Assembly (NCBI GenBank): GCA_037443185.1
Contig: JBBIOV010000003.1
Location: forward strand, 5,458 to 69,457
DNA from: a bacterium
GTDB lineage: Bacteria; Patescibacteriota; Minisyncoccia; 2-01-FULL-47-10; JBBIMT01
Length of the DNA: 64,000 bases
Reading direction: 5' to 3'
The stretch's first letter is position 1. Each line of letters starts with the position of its first letter. The notes beneath the pieces are model-generated. The model was not told where the DNA came from, ran no database searches, and worked only from the letters and a program-made list of their open reading frames with translations. Position numbers and translations under genes: made by a program. Positions 30,932 through 41,438 of this stretch are shown piece by piece.

Positions 30932-31741
30932 ATGGCTCTGGCTACTTTAATTTTATATTCTTTAACTCAATTTTTTGGACTTTTTATTGCTAAAGAATTT
31001 TTGAGTTCTTGGAATCAAGAGGAAATTTTAAAAATTACGCAAGCTCAAAATCCACTTGGCTTTTTGATTTATACTTTTGCTTTTTTGTTTATTGTTCTTT
31101 CCTTGCTTTATTTTAGAAAAAGACTTAACTTTATTTTAAAGTATTTTATTGCTTTGATAGTTTGGGCTGGCATTGCAATTTCTTTTCAACTTTTTTCTCC
31201 AGTTTTGTTATCTTATTTATTGGCTATTTTTATTACTTGGTTATTTTTTATTTTGCGTGAGATTTGGTTTCATAATTTAGTTATAGTTTTTTCTGTGGCA
31301 GGAATCGCTGGATTGGCTGGTTTAAATTTTTCAATTTTTGGACTGATTTTCATTTTAGCGGCAGTATCTATTTACGATTATTGGTTAATAAAATCGAAAC
31401 GCCATTTGATTTATATTGCTGAGAATTTTTTAAAAGAACATATATTTTTAGGACTTGTAGCTCCTAAGCATTGCCGAGGATATTTTTGTAGTTTTCAAAA
31501 AGAAGATTTTAAACATAATAATTACATTTTACTGGGCGCTGGAGATTTGGCCTTTCCTTTAATGTTTGCAACATCAGTTCTAAAAAATTACGGTTTAAAT
31601 GAGGCGATAATTGTTGCGTTTTTTGGCATTATCGGTTTATTTTTTGTAAAATATTTCGCAAAAAAGTCTCGTTTAATTCCAGCCCTTATTCCAATTACCG
31701 CCTTTTTAATGTTAGGTTATATTTTCACGATATTATTTTAA
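30932..31741 (+). CDS. Presenilin/signal-peptide-peptidase homologue (A22 intramembrane aspartyl protease, PSH-like)
   Basis: Nine hydrophobic segments. The A22 motifs appear in order with correct spacing: YD (AAVSIYDYW), GxGD (LLGAGDLAFP) and PAL (RLIPALIP). Confidence 0.55.
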   Translation: MALATLILYSLTQFFGLFIAKEFLSSWNQEEILKITQAQNPLGFLIYTFAFLFIVLSLLYFRKRLNFILKYFIALIVWAGIAISFQLFSPVLLSYLLAIFITWLFFILREIWFHNLVIVFSVAGIAGLAGLNFSIFGLIFILAAVSIYDYWLIKSKRHLIYIAENFLKEHIFLGLVAPKHCRGYFCSFQKEDFKHNNYILLGAGDLAFPLMFATSVLKNYGLNEAIIVAFFGIIGLFFVKYFAKKSRLIPALIPITAFLMLGYIFTILF

Positions 31742-31941
31742 TTGGACTTTTTAAATTTTTGGCTTGCGATGCTAAAGAAATTAAGAAAGATTGGCAAATA
31801 GATACATTAGTGTTTGAATTTTGGACTTTTGTCGTTTAGCAAAAACAGATTTTAAAAAGGTTTAAGTTGCAATTTTTTTGTTTTTATGTATCATTAACTA
31901 TAAAGATAACCTTCATCAAAAACGATGAAGTTTTTTTAATT

Positions 31942-32892
31942 ATGACCATAAAACAAGTATACAATTTAGCGATTAATATAGGAATTAAAAACGATTTTCG
32001 TTCAAAAGTACAGATCAATAAAATTTTAGCTCGACAGAAAAAGAAGTTTGAAAAATTATCTAAAGAAGAAAAAGAAGTTTTTGATATTGAAATTTTACAT
32101 AATCCATATTCTGACACGAGAATTTTATTTGGCGATTTAAATAAAAAAGTAAAGAAAGTGTTAGTAGGTATTGATATTGCTGGCGATGAACTTTTATTGG
32201 CTGATAAACTGGGTGATATTGATTTAGTTATCGCTCATCATCCAATAGGACGGGCGCTTGCTGGACTTGATGAAGTAATGCATTATCAGGCGGATATATT
32301 AGCTTATTATGGAATACCTATAAATATTGCCGAAAGTCTTTTAAAAACAAGAGTAGATGAAGTAGCGCGTAATCTTTCGCCAATCAATCATAATCGCACT
32401 GTTGATATGGCACGACTTTTAAATATTTCTTTAATGTGTGTTCATACACCTACTGATAATTTGGTGGCTCGATTTGTAGAAAAGGAGATAAAAAAAGAAA
32501 ATCCAGAATATGTTGAGGATTTGATGAATCTTTTAAAAAAAATCCCAGAATACAAGGAAGCGACAAAAGAAAAAATGGGGCCTGAGCTTTTCGCTGGATC
32601 TCTGGATAATCGTTGCGGTAAAATTGCTCTTACAGAGATTACAGGCGGTACCGAAGGATCTCCTAAAATCTATCACGAAATGGCTCATGGAGGGATTGGT
32701 ACTATCGTGGGAATGCATATGTCAGAAAAACATACTGAAGAGGTAAAAAAAGCCCACATTAATGCTGTTATCGCTGGTCACATGTCTTCTGATTCTTTGG
32801 GGATGAATTTATTTTTAGATGAGCTTGAGCGGTGTAATATAAAAATTATACCGACATCAGGACTAATTAGAGTTTCGCGCGTCAAAAAATAA
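31942..32892 (+). CDS. Nif3-family (YbgI/YqfO-like) dinuclear metal-centre protein
   Basis: ..LVGIDIAG.. and ..DLVIAHHPIGRAL.. match the N-terminal Nif3 pattern. The C-terminus has ..NAVIAGHMSSDSLGMN.. The start is set at MTIKQVYNL. Confidence 0.5.
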   Translation: MTIKQVYNLAINIGIKNDFRSKVQINKILARQKKKFEKLSKEEKEVFDIEILHNPYSDTRILFGDLNKKVKKVLVGIDIAGDELLLADKLGDIDLVIAHHPIGRALAGLDEVMHYQADILAYYGIPINIAESLLKTRVDEVARNLSPINHNRTVDMARLLNISLMCVHTPTDNLVARFVEKEIKKENPEYVEDLMNLLKKIPEYKEATKEKMGPELFAGSLDNRCGKIALTEITGGTEGSPKIYHEMAHGGIGTIVGMHMSEKHTEEVKKAHINAVIAGHMSSDSLGMNLFLDELERCNIKIIPTSGLIRVSRVKK

Positions 32893-32915
32893 TTTAATAT
32901 TTTAAAATGATGAAC

Positions 32916-32960
32916 AAAAACCCTTGGGGCTTTTTTCAAATAATTTTCCCAAGGGTTTTT
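32916..32960. terminator. Bidirectional rho-independent terminator between the convergent Nif3 and lepA genes
   Basis: aaaaa-cccttggg-(19 nt)-cccaaggg-ttttt. The 8-bp GC stem is flanked by an A run and a T run. Confidence 0.55.
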
Positions 32961-33026
32961 GTTTTGTCGCGACTTAAAATTATTATAATCTAAAAAAAAA
33001 TTTTGGCAATATTATTTTAATTTTTT

Positions 33027-34916
33027 TTATGTATGAGTCTTTAAGAGTTTTAAAAAAGTCTCTCTTGTTAATGTAACTTTTCCAAATTTTTTTTGTTCTT
33101 TTTTTGTCTCTTTTTGTTTTTGCCATTTTTTCATTTTTCGCGTGATATCGCCGCCATACATCCAGGAAGTTAAATCATGAGTAATGGCCCGAATATTTTC
33201 TCTAGCCAATATCTTTCCGCCAACTTTCCCTTGAATTGCTACTGAAAATTGTTGTGGTGGAATAATCTCCTTTAATTTTTTACAATTTTTTCTTGCTATA
33301 CTTTGGGCTTTTTGAGCGGGAACTATTTTAGAAAATGGTTCTATAACTTCGTAATGTACCAAAAATTCTAATTTAACTAAATCACCTGGACGATATTCCA
33401 AAAATTCATAATCGAAAGAAGCATATCCAGAAGAAATACTTTTTAATTTATCATGAAAGTCTTCCATTATATCTGCCAGCGGAACTTCAAAATGAATATT
33501 TATGGTTTTTTCATCGATATTTTCTAAATGCAAAAATTTACTTCTGTAATTATTCATTAAATCCATCACAGCGCCTAAATACAAAGTGGGAGTTGTGATA
33601 ATTAAAGCGATCCATGGTTCTTTGATTTCAATAATTTTCTCGCGTGGCGGCAAATATGCTGGCACTGTCACTATTTTATTGAAAATTTTCCCTCCTTCTT
33701 TATAAACAACTTCATAAGCAACGGAAGGAGAAGTGGTAATCACATTAACATCAAAATCTCTTTTTAATCTTTCTAAAATTATTTCCAAATGTAAAGATCC
33801 AAGTGCGCCAATTCTAAAACCTCTACCTAAAATTCCTGAAGCTTCATATTCAAAAGTTAAAGCCGCGTCATTTAGTCGTAATTTTTCAAGCGCTCCCTTC
33901 AGACTAGCAAATTCGTTTTCATTCATAGGATAAAAAGAAGCAAAGACATTCGGTTTTGGTTCAATGTAACTGGTAATTGGTTCAAGTTTAAAGTTTAAAG
34001 TTTGAGCATCAAAAACAATAGTATCACCAACGCGGCATTGATGGATATCTTTTAGTCCTGTAACGATGTAGCCTATTTCTCCGTTTTTAAGAATACCCGT
34101 TGGCGTTAATTGTGGAGAAAAAATTCCAACTTCTTTTACTTCAGTTTTGGCACCTGAACCAAGAAGATATATTTTATCTTGATTTTTAATTGAACCGTCA
34201 AAAACTCTTACATAAGCAATAACACCTTTATAGGGATTATATTCAGAATCAAAAATTAATGCTTTGAAAATGTTTTGGTCGTTTAATGGTTTTGGCGGTG
34301 GAATTTGATAAATAACAGCTTCCAAAAGATCTTTAACCCCTTTTCCAGTTTTTGCGGAAATTTCAAAGATTTCCTCTTCTGGAATTTCTGTTAAATGAGT
34401 TATCTGTTTTTTAATACGTTTTACTTCAGCTTGAGTAATGTCTACTTTATTTATTGCGGCAATGATTTTTAAATTTTCTTTTTTGGCTAACTTATAATGA
34501 CTTACTGTTTGAGCTTGAACTCCTTTGACTACTTCAACAAGTAAAATTGCGCCCTCTACAGCTTTTAAAGCGCGGGATACTTCGTAAGAAAAATCTGTAT
34601 GCCCTGGAGTGTCGATTAAATTTAAAATATATTCTGAAGTTACTTTTTCTAAATCCGATCCAATCTGTAATTTAGAATTTAACTTTTGTTTATCATATAG
34701 AGATTCGAATTGACGATTAACTAACTTATATATCATACGAACAGGATGCATTCGTACTGTTATTCCTCGTTCTCTTTCAAGGCCCATTGAATCTAAAAAT
34801 TGTGGCATTAATTTTGTTTTATCAACTGTTCCAGTAATTTCTAAAAATCGATCTGCTAAAGTTGATTTACCGTGGTTAATATGAGCAATAATGCAAAAAT
34901 TTCTTATGTTATTCAT
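33027..34916 (-). CDS. lepA: Elongation factor 4 (LepA)
   Basis: MNNIRNFCIIAHINHGKSTLADRFLE..., the GTPase motifs DTPGHTDF and NKVD, and the conserved LepA C-terminal domain. Confidence 0.9.
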   Translation of the reverse strand: MNNIRNFCIIAHINHGKSTLADRFLEITGTVDKTKLMPQFLDSMGLERERGITVRMHPVRMIYKLVNRQFESLYDKQKLNSKLQIGSDLEKVTSEYILNLIDTPGHTDFSYEVSRALKAVEGAILLVEVVKGVQAQTVSHYKLAKKENLKIIAAINKVDITQAEVKRIKKQITHLTEIPEEEIFEISAKTGKGVKDLLEAVIYQIPPPKPLNDQNIFKALIFDSEYNPYKGVIAYVRVFDGSIKNQDKIYLLGSGAKTEVKEVGIFSPQLTPTGILKNGEIGYIVTGLKDIHQCRVGDTIVFDAQTLNFKLEPITSYIEPKPNVFASFYPMNENEFASLKGALEKLRLNDAALTFEYEASGILGRGFRIGALGSLHLEIILERLKRDFDVNVITTSPSVAYEVVYKEGGKIFNKIVTVPAYLPPREKIIEIKEPWIALIITTPTLYLGAVMDLMNNYRSKFLHLENIDEKTINIHFEVPLADIMEDFHDKLKSISSGYASFDYEFLEYRPGDLVKLEFLVHYEVIEPFSKIVPAQKAQSIARKNCKKLKEIIPPQQFSVAIQGKVGGKILARENIRAITHDLTSWMYGGDITRKMKKWQKQKETKKEQKKFGKVTLTRETFLKLLKTHT

Positions 34917-34936
34917 AAAATTAAAAACCTCTTAAG

Positions 34937-36574
34937 TTAAAATATTTTTTTATTTAAAATTTCCCAAATATCATCAACAGGTTTTATTTTTAGTGCTTTA
35001 GCAATAAGAATATACGCCAAAATTCCTAAAAATCCAGCAAAAAGTCCTTGCATAAATATCGGAATAACTGTTTTACCTGAAAATAAAATTTTTAGCGGTA
35101 CATCAAAAATTCTTAAAGCAAAATAAATTATTGGAGCCATTATTCCTGAAGCGATAACCATTTTAACCCAGGAGCGAGTAATTTCAGACATTATCATGCC
35201 ATTTAATTTAATATCAAGTAAAAGCCATAAAATAATGAATTGGGTTAAAGCCGATATCGAAAAAGCTAAAGCTAAAACCACTACCATAGGTAAAAACGGG
35301 TCCTTAATTCCTTCTATTTTTAAAATTATTTTTAACAAAGTATAGAAGCTTTGATCTGTTTTAACTAAATTAATAAAGTAAAATGCCAAAAAAATATTAA
35401 TAAGGTTTCCTAAAATACCAATTATCACTGGAGTTGCGGTATTTTTCAACGCAAAAAATGCTCGCGACAAAAGTGGGATTAAGCTTTGGGCAAAAAGACT
35501 TAAAGAAAAAAGGCCTACTGTTGCGGCAGTAACTTTTGTACAATCCCAATCACACTCACCATATCCGGCTATTACTCTTACTATTTGCGCTCTTAACGAA
35601 ACGAAAATTACCGCGCCAGCCAATGACCAAAACAAAATTTGTAAAAAAACCTGCGAAAAATATTTTAAAAAATTATTTTTCTGTTCTGTATCGCCTTTTG
35701 CGCTTTTTGCTAAAGAAGGAAAAACAGCAGTAGCAAAAGAAATGCCAACTAGGCCAGTCACTACAGTTGCAATGTCAAACGCTGAAGAAAAAATTCTTAC
35801 ACTGCCTTGAGAAATAGTAGAAGCCAATGCTACCATAACGATAAAATTTATTTTATCAGCAAACATTCCAAAAGTTCTTGGTATAGTTAACAAAATAGTT
35901 TCTTTGACTTTGTTTAAAATTAATTTATTAAAACTGAAAGAAATTTTATACCCTTCTTTTAAGGCAGGAAATACTTGCACCGCAAATTGTAAAGCCGCTC
36001 CCATTACTACTCCAAAAGCAAAACCATCAGCGCCTAATAAATTATGAAATACGGTTAAACCTAAAATTACGCTGGCTTGATATAACACCGGTGTTAAGGC
36101 GTAAACAAAAAAATAATGAAAACTTTGCAAGATAGAACCAAAGATACTTGAAAGTCCCAAAAATATCGGCTGTAACAACATAATTCTTGTTAAATGAATA
36201 GTCATTTCTTTTGCTTCTTGAGAAAAACCAGGCACAATAATATTAATGATAGCTGGTGCAAAGATTGAAGCTAATAAAGCCCCAACTGACACTAAAGTAG
36301 TGATAAAAATTAATAGAACATTTGCGTATTTGAAGGCATCTTCTTTAGATTTTTGATAAAGTTGTAAGAAAATAGGGATGAAAACCGTTGACATCGCTCC
36401 AAAGATAATCAAAGTAAATAAAAAATCAGGCAAAACAAAAGCAGCGGTAAAAATATCGCCTTCTTGCGCTTTAAACGCCCATAAAATTATTCCCTTTTTG
36501 AAGGCGCTTAAAATTCCTGAAGTTAAACTTAAAAGCGCAATTGTTAAAGCGCCTTTAAATATTTTTTTTTGCAC
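34937..36574 (-). CDS. murJ: Lipid II flippase MurJ
   Basis: ~14 TM segments. The N-terminus has ..ILWAFKAQEGDIFTAAFVLPDFLFTLIIFGAMSTVFIPIF.., typical of MurJ/MviN. Confidence 0.8.
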   Translation of the reverse strand: MQKKIFKGALTIALLSLTSGILSAFKKGIILWAFKAQEGDIFTAAFVLPDFLFTLIIFGAMSTVFIPIFLQLYQKSKEDAFKYANVLLIFITTLVSVGALLASIFAPAIINIIVPGFSQEAKEMTIHLTRIMLLQPIFLGLSSIFGSILQSFHYFFVYALTPVLYQASVILGLTVFHNLLGADGFAFGVVMGAALQFAVQVFPALKEGYKISFSFNKLILNKVKETILLTIPRTFGMFADKINFIVMVALASTISQGSVRIFSSAFDIATVVTGLVGISFATAVFPSLAKSAKGDTEQKNNFLKYFSQVFLQILFWSLAGAVIFVSLRAQIVRVIAGYGECDWDCTKVTAATVGLFSLSLFAQSLIPLLSRAFFALKNTATPVIIGILGNLINIFLAFYFINLVKTDQSFYTLLKIILKIEGIKDPFLPMVVVLALAFSISALTQFIILWLLLDIKLNGMIMSEITRSWVKMVIASGIMAPIIYFALRIFDVPLKILFSGKTVIPIFMQGLFAGFLGILAYILIAKALKIKPVDDIWEILNKKIF

Positions 36575-36616
36575 AATTTTTTTAAGGAAATTGGCTTTAC
36601 GATAAAGCAGTATTTC

Positions 36617-38899
36617 CTATTTTAAAAATGGCGAAAAATTTAAAGAAATTATTTCGTCGTATTTTAAAATTGTTTGGTAAGTGATTTTACCTTTTTCAAT
36701 ATTTAAATTATTTGGGAAATTCCAAGCGATACTCCAATTTTTTGGATAAAAAATATTGATAATGATTTTTTGATTTGTCATTCCGGGTTGTTTTTGGAGA
36801 TAAAGCTGATATTTAGGCTTTAAAAGATCTACTTTTACAACAGATAAATATTCAATTGCTACCTTTAATTCTTCTTTTGGTGAGACATAAGTCCAAGCGC
36901 CAAAAGTACTTTTCCCAGTTTCTTTAGCAATATAAAAACCGCTTGAATCAATAATTGTTGCTTTTTCTTGGGCTAAAATATCAGCGTCAGGACTAAACTT
37001 TGCTTTAATATAATCAATTCGCGGAGAGATAAATTCGATAGTATGGCCATTTGCTTTTAAAAGTTTTGATTCTAAAGGAGTATAAAATCTTAAGTAATTA
37101 GTGTTGACCCTGTTGTACCAATCATAAATAGAATCTCCTCCTAAGTGTTTTCTAATGACTTCAACATAATTTTTAACTAATCCCTTATCTGATATAGCAA
37201 TATTTAAATTAATAGTTTGTTCAATAACCCGATCAGTTTTATAGCCGCCTAAATTTGTATTAACCACTGCTAAATAATCTCCATCAAAATCTACTACCTT
37301 ACCAGACCAGCCTTGTGCTTCAACAAAATTTTGAAGCTTTTCATCATTAAAATAAAACATAATATCTTTTCTATCAAGCATATCTAAAATTTCGCTAAAA
37401 AAGTTAGCTAAATCATTAATCGTAAAGTGTGCAAATTTTTTAATTATCTCTTCTCCCAAATCGGCTAAAATTGTCTTTGGTTGTCTAAGATTTTTATCGT
37501 AATCTACTTCAACTTCGTATTGTAAAATATCAATAAAATTATCTTCGGTAATTAAGGCTTCGTGATTTTTTAAATAAATAGGCCCGGTGATTTTTAAAAG
37601 TGATTTTAAAAGTGCTGGTGTTATGGCAATTACTCCATCAGTAGTTTCGCCACCTGTTTTTTCGTAAAACCATTGAAGTTTCTTTGCTGAAGAAGGAAAA
37701 TCAAAGAACCAATTGGCATCATGAAAAGACCAAGCGGCGGAAATTTTTTGAATTGGTTGTGGTGGAATAATTAAGGCTCTAAGCTGTCCATCAATATTAT
37801 AAACATCATCTATTTTGAATTTTTTCACTATCCCATCATCTATTATCACAAAACCGTAAGATCCTATAAAACCACCCGTTGGTCTAATTTCAGAGGGATT
37901 TTGAAAGATGAGTAAATATGTTCGTGGATTATTGATGCCTAGAGCTTCTTCTAAAGATGGTAAAAAATCATTGAGAAAACGTGACAGATATTGAAAAGGT
38001 TCAACGATTTCTTTAATTTTACTTTCATATTTTCCTAGAGAAGGTGGTAAATTATTAAAATTGATTTCGTTCAGTAATTGTTGAGTATCATTTGATAACA
38101 AGTTAAATCTTTTTAGATTTGGTAAAATAGTACTAAATTTAATTGTTTCTTTACTGATTGAAGTTATTTTATCTATTAACATTGAAAAAATTTGTCCCAT
38201 TTCAGTTAAATTTTTGGCAATTTGTAAAAGCTTTTCGCCTTGGGTCAACTGTGTTGATATTACTGGCAAAGAAGCTAATAAAAATGTTGTCGTTTGGCTT
38301 AAATTGTCGATTTTTTCCTGAGCTTGAACTAATTTCTCAAGGGCGTTTGAAAAATTTAATGTAGCTTCAGAAAAAGATTTATTCTCTAAAGAGCTTGCCG
38401 CTTTAACAACATCAGAAATAAATTCTTTCCCTTTTCCTTTTATATATTCCTGTGTTAAATTTGCCTGATATAAATTAGCGCTTAAAGGAACTATCAGGGC
38501 AACTAAAATAGCTGATATACCAAACCTAATAGTAACTGCAAAATTTTTTAAACGAAAACTTTTTTGTCCGGAAATTCTATATCTTGGGTTTTCTTGCGGT
38601 GATTCTTGTTTTTGGTATGGTATTTCAGTTTCTTTTGAGATTGTTTGTTCATTTTGGGCATTTTGACTTTTTTCAAATTTGATTTCTTTTTTTGTTTCAA
38701 TTTTTATGAAATCTCTTTTTTCTTGTTCATTTAACTTCGGTTTTTGCTGATTTACTCGCTCAATAGTGATATGTGCTTCAAAGGGTAAAGGTTTTGATTT
38801 TTTTATAATATCAAATACTAAAACTTTTCCTTGTGATTGAGGATTTTGAGTAGATTTTAGTAAATTTTCTTTGTCTAACTTTACCCTGATTTCATCCAT
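36617..38899 (-). CDS. Large membrane-anchored extracytoplasmic protein, DUF4012-like
   Basis: An N-terminal Q/E/K-rich region, one TM, and a ~600-aa ectodomain containing NP.EIRPTGGFIGSYGFV, which resembles the DUF4012 core. Confidence 0.4.
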   Translation of the reverse strand: MDEIRVKLDKENLLKSTQNPQSQGKVLVFDIIKKSKPLPFEAHITIERVNQQKPKLNEQEKRDFIKIETKKEIKFEKSQNAQNEQTISKETEIPYQKQESPQENPRYRISGQKSFRLKNFAVTIRFGISAILVALIVPLSANLYQANLTQEYIKGKGKEFISDVVKAASSLENKSFSEATLNFSNALEKLVQAQEKIDNLSQTTTFLLASLPVISTQLTQGEKLLQIAKNLTEMGQIFSMLIDKITSISKETIKFSTILPNLKRFNLLSNDTQQLLNEINFNNLPPSLGKYESKIKEIVEPFQYLSRFLNDFLPSLEEALGINNPRTYLLIFQNPSEIRPTGGFIGSYGFVIIDDGIVKKFKIDDVYNIDGQLRALIIPPQPIQKISAAWSFHDANWFFDFPSSAKKLQWFYEKTGGETTDGVIAITPALLKSLLKITGPIYLKNHEALITEDNFIDILQYEVEVDYDKNLRQPKTILADLGEEIIKKFAHFTINDLANFFSEILDMLDRKDIMFYFNDEKLQNFVEAQGWSGKVVDFDGDYLAVVNTNLGGYKTDRVIEQTINLNIAISDKGLVKNYVEVIRKHLGGDSIYDWYNRVNTNYLRFYTPLESKLLKANGHTIEFISPRIDYIKAKFSPDADILAQEKATIIDSSGFYIAKETGKSTFGAWTYVSPKEELKVAIEYLSVVKVDLLKPKYQLYLQKQPGMTNQKIIINIFYPKNWSIAWNFPNNLNIEKGKITYQTILKYDEIISLNFSPFLK

Positions 38900-39049
38900 T
38901 GCGCATTTTTATTATATAAGTTTTTTCAAAAAAAGCCACTATAGACAACTAGGATTTAAGCTTAATAGCCAGATACTTAAAAATGTTACCCACTGCATTT
39001 GACAATTATAAAAATGGAAATTTTAAAGAAATATGATATGATAATTTTT

Positions 39050-39475
39050 ATGAAGGTTAAGATTAAAAGATTGGAGCCAAATATCAAATTACCCCAGTAC
39101 CAAACCAAAGGAGCGGTAGCATTTGATTTGGCGCCTAAAGACAAATTAATCCTAAAACCTAAAGAATGGAAGTTGGCGGCGACTGGATTAATTGTTAAAA
39201 CTCCTCCCGGGCATATGCTTTTAATTGCTCCGCGTAGTTCGCTTTTTATGAAAAAAGGTTTAGCGCTTGCCAACACTATAGGTATTATTGATCAAGATTA
39301 CTGTGGAGATAAAGATGAAATCAAGTTAGCTTTGATAAATTTAAGCGATAAAGAAGTTGAAATTAAAAAAGGAGAAAGAATAGCGCAAGGAGTGTTTGTG
39401 AAAATATCAAAAGTTCAATGGAAAGAAGTAAAAAAAATGGGCAAAAGCCGTGGAGGATTTGGTAGTACTGGCTAA
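39050..39475 (+). CDS. dut: dUTP diphosphatase
   Basis: MKVKIKRL..NIKLPQYQTKGAVAFDLA, GIIDQDYCGDKDEIKLALINLSDKEVEIKKGERIAQ and a C-terminal GKSRGGFGSTG (motif V). Confidence 0.8.
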   Translation: MKVKIKRLEPNIKLPQYQTKGAVAFDLAPKDKLILKPKEWKLAATGLIVKTPPGHMLLIAPRSSLFMKKGLALANTIGIIDQDYCGDKDEIKLALINLSDKEVEIKKGERIAQGVFVKISKVQWKEVKKMGKSRGGFGSTG

Positions 39476-39533
39476 AAACTTAGATGAAGCATTAATTTTT
39501 AAGCACTTTTTAACTTCAAAGACTCCATAAAAT

Positions 39534-39604
39534 CGGGACATAGTATAATGGTAGTACGCATCCTTCGGGAGGATGTAGTCCCAGTTCGAATCTGGGTGTC
39601 CCGA
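39534..39604 (+). tRNA. tRNA-Pro (anticodon CGG)
   Basis: Cloverleaf with a perfect 7-bp acceptor stem cgggaca/tgtcccg, an anticodon stem catcc/ggatg with loop ttCGGga, a T arm cccag-TTCGAAT-ctggg and discriminator A. C1:G72 is a bacterial tRNA-Pro identity feature. CCA is not encoded. Confidence 0.8.
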
Positions 39605-39614
39605 AAATAAAAAG

Positions 39615-40148
39615 ATGGCTTACAAAATTGCTTTTATTCGAACTCATGGAACTGGCAAAACAACGCTGGCTCATGATTTTGTTGTCGCGCTAAAAAAATC
39701 TCATATTGACGCTGATTTTTTAGGCGAAATAGCGCGGAAATGTCCTTTTCCCATCAATGAAGAAGCTACTGAAAAAGCACAAATTTGGATCATTCTCCAA
39801 CAAATCATCCAAGAAATTGAAGCTGAAGATAAAACAGATGTTTTAGTATGTGATCGCAGTGTTTTTGATGGTTATTGTTATTATGTAAATAAATTTGGCA
39901 GAAATAAGGCACTGGAAGCTTTAGTTTTGCAACATTTACAAACTTATGATTATATTATTAAAGTTTCAATTCGCAGAGGATTTTTAAAAAAAGATAAAGT
40001 CCGTTCTACATCAAAAACTTTTCAAAAAAAGATAGATCGTTTGATGGATAAACTACTAAAGAAATTAAAAATGAAGCATTTAACCCTAAAAGAATTTCAA
40101 AATTTAAACATTGTTAACATTTTAAAAAATCAAAAAAATAAAAAATGA
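39615..40148 (+). CDS. P-loop NTPase (AAA_28/NadR-like predicted ATPase or kinase)
   Basis: Walker A in IRTHGTGKTTLAHD and Walker-B-like DVLVCDRSVFD. 177 aa. The family is unclear. Confidence 0.4.
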   Translation: MAYKIAFIRTHGTGKTTLAHDFVVALKKSHIDADFLGEIARKCPFPINEEATEKAQIWIILQQIIQEIEAEDKTDVLVCDRSVFDGYCYYVNKFGRNKALEALVLQHLQTYDYIIKVSIRRGFLKKDKVRSTSKTFQKKIDRLMDKLLKKLKMKHLTLKEFQNLNIVNILKNQKNKK

Positions 40149-40169
40149 ATAACTTAACTTTTTAAAATT

Positions 40170-41438
40170 ATGGAAAAACAAAAACAAAATCAAAATAAAA
40201 ATAAGAAAAATGTCATTTTTCTAGGGTGGACTTCTTTTTTTACAGATATCAGTTCGGAAATGATTTTTCCTGTTTTGCCGATATTTTTAAAAAATATTTT
40301 AAACACCCCTTTCTTTTTAATTGGTCTTATTGATGGGGTAGCGGAATTTGTAAGCGCAATCTTGAAATATTTATCAGGCATTATCAGTGATGCTATTCAA
40401 AAACGCAAATTGCTTGCTGTTATCGGCTATGGACTGTCGGCTTTATCAAAATTTTTCTTTTTCTTGGCAGGTTCTTGGGTTTTTGTTTTGTTTTTAAGGG
40501 TAATAGATCGAGTTGGTAAAGGTATTCGCACAACCCCACGAGACGCTTTAATTTCCGAATCGGTATCTGATAAAGAAAAAGGTAAGTATTTCGGACTTCA
40601 TCGGGCGATGGATAGCGCTGGCGCTTTTATTGGAGTAATTTTAAATATTTTAATTTTATATCTTCTACAAACTAAATTCTTTTGGGATTTGGAAACTGCT
40701 GTTCGTGGTATATTTTTATTTTCTTTTATTCCAGCTCTAATTGGCGTAATTTTGCTTTTGATTTTTGTTAAAAATGTTAAAAGCAATAAAAACAGCGAGA
40801 CTGTAAAAAACAAAAAAAGCTATAGATTTTCATTTAATTTAAAAGGATTTTCGCGTAATTATTTTTTAGCGATTATCACTTTGGGCATTTTATCACTAGG
40901 TAATATCAGCTATTCTTTTTTCCTTTTAAAAGGCGAGGATATAGTGGGTGCGGTATTTATTTTGCCTATCTTTTATCTTATTTACAATCTATTTTATGCG
41001 CTTACTTCTTATCCGGCGGGAAAATTTTCAGATAAATTGGGCAGAATTAAAACTTTAATCTTTGGTTTTTTTATTTTCTTCATCGCTTTAATTAGCGCGG
41101 CTTTTGTTGATAATGCTTGGCTAATTTGGGGCGTATTTATTTTATTTGGCACATCTGTTGGTATAACCGATTCTGTAAGCAAGGCTTTTATTTCTGATTT
41201 AATGAAAAAAGAACGTGGCGGCGAAGCGTTTGGGTTGTATTATGGAGTAAGCGGTGTTTGCTCACTGATTGGGAATTTTTTAGTCGGATTCCTCTGGGAT
41301 AAAGTTGACTCTTTTATTGCTTTTTTGGTTCCAGCGGGATTTATTTTAATTGGTATCTTAATGTTAGCCATATTTTTCAAACGCCATCAATTTACTCCCC
41401 AAACATATAGTCCTGAATCATTTAAAGGTTATAGATAA
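40170..41438 (+). CDS. MFS transporter
   Basis: 12 predicted TM segments. An MFS-type loop (VIDRVGKGIRTTPRDALIS) sits between TM2 and TM3. Confidence 0.7.
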   Translation: MEKQKQNQNKNKKNVIFLGWTSFFTDISSEMIFPVLPIFLKNILNTPFFLIGLIDGVAEFVSAILKYLSGIISDAIQKRKLLAVIGYGLSALSKFFFFLAGSWVFVLFLRVIDRVGKGIRTTPRDALISESVSDKEKGKYFGLHRAMDSAGAFIGVILNILILYLLQTKFFWDLETAVRGIFLFSFIPALIGVILLLIFVKNVKSNKNSETVKNKKSYRFSFNLKGFSRNYFLAIITLGILSLGNISYSFFLLKGEDIVGAVFILPIFYLIYNLFYALTSYPAGKFSDKLGRIKTLIFGFFIFFIALISAAFVDNAWLIWGVFILFGTSVGITDSVSKAFISDLMKKERGGEAFGLYYGVSGVCSLIGNFLVGFLWDKVDSFIAFLVPAGFILIGILMLAIFFKRHQFTPQTYSPESFKGYR

